Origin: Candidatus Kaiserbacteria bacterium
Lineage (GTDB): Bacteria; Patescibacteriota; Minisyncoccia; Phycocordibacterales; UBA2100
DNA: 64,000 bases
Direction: 5' to 3'
Assembly: GCA_017134395.1 (NCBI GenBank)
Contig: CP070993.1
Span: 398,199 to 462,198, forward strand
Shown: positions 60,549-64,000 of the stretch, in pieces
Layout: every line of letters begins with the position of its first letter
How positions within the stretch are numbered: the stretch's first letter is position 1
Position numbers and translations under genes: made by a program
The notes under the pieces: model-generated
Databases searched by the model: none
Told to the model about the DNA's origin: nothing
What the model saw: only the letters and a program-made list of their open reading frames with translations

Positions 60549-61083
60549 GCGTTACAGAAAACACAATGGTGTCACCGCCTGCTAAGTCTGATACAGGAAA
60601 TGAAACGTTATAAAACGCTGAGTCGGCACGAAGTGTTTGAACAAACTCGTTAAGCGACGCCCTGTCTTTTGCTTCTCCTGAAACCCGCAGTTCAACTGGG
60701 GCATCTTTGGCACGAAACATGCTGTACGTGAAATTAGTGATGATTATATCTTGCGCGTGTACTTCCCAATCTCGCATAACATATTCAATGGCTCGTGTTG
60801 GACTAACGCCTTTGTTCGTAAGCAATTCGTCTATCTGCACATTAACCATTCGAGTCGTAGCAAGCGCGGTGTCTTTTTTTGCGACTTCACGTGTCTCACT
60901 TTGAAGTTCTTGGTACCGTATAACCTCATTCAAATCTGTTCGTGCTGAAAGATATGCCGGAATAAGTGAAACTGTTCCAATAGTTATAGCGGCAGTGAGC
61001 ATAAAAGTAAGTGTGACGATTACACGCAGCCAGTAATTTCGGCGGAGTGTTTCTCTTTCTTTTTGTGGTAATACGTTTGCCAT
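60532..61083 (-). CDS. Type IV pilus assembly protein PilN-like
   Basis: The N-terminal LPQKERETLRRNYWLRV followed by a TM helix is the PilN signature; overlaps pilO-like by 17 nt. Confidence 0.45.
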   Translation of the reverse strand: MANVLPQKERETLRRNYWLRVIVTLTFMLTAAITIGTVSLIPAYLSARTDLNEVIRYQELQSETREVAKKDTALATTRMVNVQIDELLTNKGVSPTRAIEYVMRDWEVHAQDIIITNFTYSMFRAKDAPVELRVSGEAKDRASLNEFVQTLRADSAFYNVSFPVSDLAGGDTIVFSVTLEIEK

Positions 61084-61085
61084 AG

Positions 61086-62189
61086 CTACATTACATCACG
61101 CAATAAGAGCCCCGCTGAAGCCGCAGCTTGCCATGAGATAGTTCTCGAGATTTTTGGTATATGTGTATTTAAATCGAACATGTTTCCCCATACATTTCCC
61201 ACTTGCACAGGCACCTGCAACACTGCCGATACTTGTTCAGGAAGCCCTTTTAACCCCACCGCTCCACCGCAAAGAAAAATGCGCTCAATTCCTGCAATAC
61301 GATTTCCTTCTTCATCTCGCCGTGTATCCCAATACCTATAGTGCCTTCTGATTTCATCGATGAGTGCGTTCGTTGTATCCGTAAGTGTTTTTTTGAGGGC
61401 TTCGTCTTCACAATCTTCAAGACCTTGCGTTCTTTTTATTTCATCCGCTTCTTCTTCTGAAACATTAAATTGAGCAATAATTGCTTCGGTCAGCACGTTT
61501 CCACCAATTTTCACTGTCGTACTAAAAATAGGTATCTGCCCGAGTGCAATGGTAATACCTGTGCGTGTGCGGCCAAAATCAATAACCATGGAAACGCTCT
61601 TTGAGCCTACTGGAATAATGGAGCGTGCAATCGACTGATCTTCTAATTCAAAGCTTTTTACCTGAAAGCCGCTGTCTTCAAATGCTTGTTTGTACGTTTC
61701 AATCACATCTTTGGGGAAAACAGTCACGCTTACTTCCGTTACATTTCCCTGCTGTCTAATAACGTCATAATTAAACACTGCGTTATCAGATGGAATTGGT
61801 GCGTGTTCGCTGAGAGAAAACTCAACGACCTGCAAAATATCTTTTTGCTTATGCGCTGTTGGTACTTCAATGGTATACAGATACGCGTGTTCTTCAGGTA
61901 GAGATACATTTGCAAAATTTCGTCCGTGTCGTTCTTTTAATTCTCGTAAAGCGTCGCTTAATTGTGCACGATCTTGTACTACACCCTCAACAACAACACC
62001 GTTTGGTAAACGAACAACATCAAAAACACGTGGCACAAGACCAGCAGATGAATACGTAGCGTCGAGATACTTTATTGACGTGTCAGAAATATCTATACCA
62101 GCAGCAGGCATGGCTAAAAACTCTGGTGGCGGAAAGAGCGCTGCAATCCTGTTTGTGTGCAGACCTTGCATATTGCATAAGTATACCAT
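61086..62189 (-). CDS. pilM: Type IV pilus assembly ATPase-like protein PilM (actin/FtsA fold)
   Basis: AAGIDISDTSIKYL and the length and pattern of PilM; the real start is probably at M7 (62171). Confidence 0.75.
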   Translation of the reverse strand: MVYLCNMQGLHTNRIAALFPPPEFLAMPAAGIDISDTSIKYLDATYSSAGLVPRVFDVVRLPNGVVVEGVVQDRAQLSDALRELKERHGRNFANVSLPEEHAYLYTIEVPTAHKQKDILQVVEFSLSEHAPIPSDNAVFNYDVIRQQGNVTEVSVTVFPKDVIETYKQAFEDSGFQVKSFELEDQSIARSIIPVGSKSVSMVIDFGRTRTGITIALGQIPIFSTTVKIGGNVLTEAIIAQFNVSEEEADEIKRTQGLEDCEDEALKKTLTDTTNALIDEIRRHYRYWDTRRDEEGNRIAGIERIFLCGGAVGLKGLPEQVSAVLQVPVQVGNVWGNMFDLNTHIPKISRTISWQAAASAGLLLRDVM

Positions 62190-62224
62190 CCACCAAGAGC
62201 TCGTCAGATGTTATACACGAATTG

Positions 62225-62815
62225 CTATTGGAAAAACATGAAGCCTGCGAATAGTGCAAGAACAACAATCCCTGCTACGGTTGTGTAGAACCAAAACTTT
62301 CTCATGATGTGCTCTGCGTGTTGTCCAAATACTCGGGCAACGTAAGCGATAAGAAGATAGCGAGCACTACGACCAATGATTGTTGCGATTAGAAATGCGA
62401 ATATGTTTGCTTTGGTGAACCCGGCAGCGAGTACTGCAACCTTAAACGGTATCGGAGTAAACGCTGCAGTTAATGTAAACACAAACACTCCTTCGTGAAT
62501 CACAGTTGTAGCTTGAGCCATGTACTCGTGTAACCCATAAAAATCTACAACTCGTATCCCAACTGTATCAAAAAGAAGCCATCCTAATACGTACCCAGCG
62601 ACCGCACCAAGAATGGAAGCGACTGAGGCAATGGTCGCATAACGAATCCACCGCTCTTTGTGCACAAAAACCATCGCTGCTAAAAGCGGGTCTGGCGGAA
62701 TAACAAACACGCAGCTTTCGGTAAAAGAAAGCACCCCGAGCCACGCACGTGCATACACATTGTCTGCCTTTTTTGAAAACCAATCGCGACTGCTGCGTAG
62801 GTATTCTTCCATATT
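62225..62815 (-). CDS. YqaA/DedA-like membrane protein
   Basis: The VIPPDPLL motif with TM helices; the start was trimmed to MEEYLRSS... Confidence 0.5.
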   Translation of the reverse strand, partial: NMEEYLRSSRDWFSKKADNVYARAWLGVLSFTESCVFVIPPDPLLAAMVFVHKERWIRYATIASVASILGAVAGYVLGWLLFDTVGIRVVDFYGLHEYMAQATTVIHEGVFVFTLTAAFTPIPFKVAVLAAGFTKANIFAFLIATIIGRSARYLLIAYVARVFGQHAEHIMRKFWFYTTVAGIVVLALFAGFMFFQ

Positions 62816-63146
62816 ACTTTCCTGAAGTACCTGCGGGGACCTCTTTATCGGGATGTAATAGTGCAAACTCTTCTCCTTCTCCTAACGCGAGAAGCATTCC
62901 GTTACTCTCTACTCCCTTAATTGTTCTTGGTGCAAGATTTAAAATGTACGGTAATTGTTTTCCAACCAAATCTTCTGCCTCTCGTACGTGCGCGATACCA
63001 GAGACTATAGTTCGGGGTTCTTCTTCACCAACATCGACTGTGCATTCGATTAACTTGTCGGTTTCAGGAACTCGTTGAGCTTCTAATATCGTTCCGAGGC
63101 GAATATCAAGTTTTGTAAAGTCATCGATAGTAATAGTTTCTTTCAT
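62814..63146 (-). CDS. Free-standing tRNA-binding protein (Trbp111/CsaA, EMAP-like OB fold)
   Basis: ITIDDFTKLDIRLGTILEAQRVPETDKLIECTVDVGEE...SNGMLLA is the tRNA-binding domain otherwise fused to the MetRS C-terminus. Confidence 0.75.
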   Translation of the reverse strand: MKETITIDDFTKLDIRLGTILEAQRVPETDKLIECTVDVGEEEPRTIVSGIAHVREAEDLVGKQLPYILNLAPRTIKGVESNGMLLALGEGEEFALLHPDKEVPAGTSGK

Positions 63147-63157
63147 AGGTATGTATA

Positions 63158-63541
63158 TTAAGCTTCGTTTTGTTTCTTATCAAGAAAACTTTGCAAAATA
63201 AGAGCGGCAGCGGCAGCATCAGCCATTGCATCTTCTGTATTTCGCTTTGCTTGAAACGTGGTTAAAAATTCTGGTTCAAGATAGACGTGTAATCCACTTT
63301 GCTCAAAGATGTCTTTAAACGCATGTGCCTGTCCCATGATGGGGTTTTCGCTTCCGTCCATCGCTAATGAGTGCCCAATTACTAGAGCTTCTACGCCATT
63401 AACTTCAATGAGCTCTTTTACTGTATCAAACAGCGCTTCGTCGTTCGGTAGTACAGAGTGTGGGAATGCTAAAGACCCCCCGTCATCTGAAAATGCCAAC
63501 CCAACTTTCTTTGATCCATAATCTACGCCTAAGTATTTCAT
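63158..63541 (-). CDS. ruvX: Holliday-junction resolvase-like nuclease RuvX/YqgF
   Basis: MKYLGVDYGSKKVGLAFSD... and EALVIGHSLAMDGSE motifs. Confidence 0.9.
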   Translation of the reverse strand: MKYLGVDYGSKKVGLAFSDDGGSLAFPHSVLPNDEALFDTVKELIEVNGVEALVIGHSLAMDGSENPIMGQAHAFKDIFEQSGLHVYLEPEFLTTFQAKRNTEDAMADAAAAALILQSFLDKKQNEA

Positions 63542-63556
63542 ACGTCTACAATACCA

Positions 63557-63793
63557 CTACTGTGTGGATGCGTCGTCTTCGTCCTCAGGTTCTTTTTTAT
63601 CGTTCCTTTTAGCAATCGCGAAAATATAAATGATTTCGAGAATCGCCAGTGTGTTCAGCACAAGAAGCGCGACAAACCATACCTTCTCACCACGACGTGC
63701 TGCAAGCCATAGCGCCCATGCAGTCCATGGAAGTGTCCATAGTAACGACAATATAAGAATTAAAAATGTATCCCCTCCAAAAATATCTATCAT
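63557..63793 (-). CDS. Hypothetical small membrane protein with an acidic C-terminus
   Basis: 78 aa with two TM helices. Confidence 0.45.
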   Translation of the reverse strand: MIDIFGGDTFLILILSLLWTLPWTAWALWLAARRGEKVWFVALLVLNTLAILEIIYIFAIAKRNDKKEPEDEDDASTQ

Positions 63794-63817
63794 ATACCTA
63801 CAATACTATCATAAAGA

Positions 63818-64000
63818 CTAATTAAACCCTCCCACATATTCCCCAAGTTTTAGGCCATATGCAGCACTCCACACATCAACGTTTATGCACTCTCCGTTTT
63901 GCATTGTTACCTCTAGGTATTGATGCGGTGATATGTACCACACCAATGTCCACTTACTTTGTATGTCTTCATTCTTAAAGAACCCACTTTTAACTAACAA
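63818..64000 (-). CDS. Hypothetical ORF reaching the window edge
   Basis: A 60-aa ORF that abuts the window end; its context is unknown. Confidence 0.25.
   Translation of the reverse strand: MLVKSGFFKNEDIQSKWTLVWYISPHQYLEVTMQNGECINVDVWSAAYGLKLGEYVGGFN

Overview
This window looks like a compact Candidate Phyla Radiation (Parcubacteria-like) chromosome segment, about 40-45% GC. Nearly every gene is followed by a strong hairpin terminator. Content: a cell-envelope block (secD fragment, sugar phosphotransferase, FtsW/RodA), a 23S-5S rRNA operon on the minus strand with no 16S, ribosomal protein genes with unusual charged extensions, five aminoacyl-tRNA synthetases (metG, glyS, ileS, argS) plus a free-standing Trbp111 tRNA-binding protein, a thymidylate-cycle cluster (thyA-dcd-CYTH-folA-glyA), DNA metabolism genes (ftsK, recA, ssb, a recO-like gene, an HhH-GPD glycosylase, ruvX), a type IV pilus pilM/N/O set, a 1109-aa Thr/Gly-rich surface protein, a secreted zinc-phospholipase-C-like protein, and four tRNAs (His, Leu, Val, Arg). 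rplA (L1) is absent from both the rplK-nusG-secE and the rplJ-rplL clusters, and 23S carries a 366-nt ORF-less group I intron; both fit CPR lineages. Items worth a second look: (1) a 239-bp element in the 23S-5S spacer, bounded by perfect 20-bp inverted repeats, that carries an exact 25-nt copy of the conserved 23S helix-69 / I-CeuI homing-site sequence; (2) a duplicated 3' end of tRNA-His with a nested long-stem structured element, next to an ArsR/DM13 block whose genes are individually terminated; (3) a 79-bp near-identical direct repeat upstream of two consecutive genes (Na+/Ca2+ exchanger and an HExxH-motif protein), beside a tRNA-Arg overlapped by an HNH endonuclease gene and a 19-bp perfect palindrome; (4) an exact 15-nt palindrome, GGACATCCGATGTCC, present in two distant 3' intergenic regions; (5) an array of TGTCCNTTA boxes spanning a wHTH regulator gene and its promoter region, which it shares divergently with ftsK. 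No CRISPR array, Cas gene, reverse transcriptase or recognisable toxin-antitoxin pair was seen.
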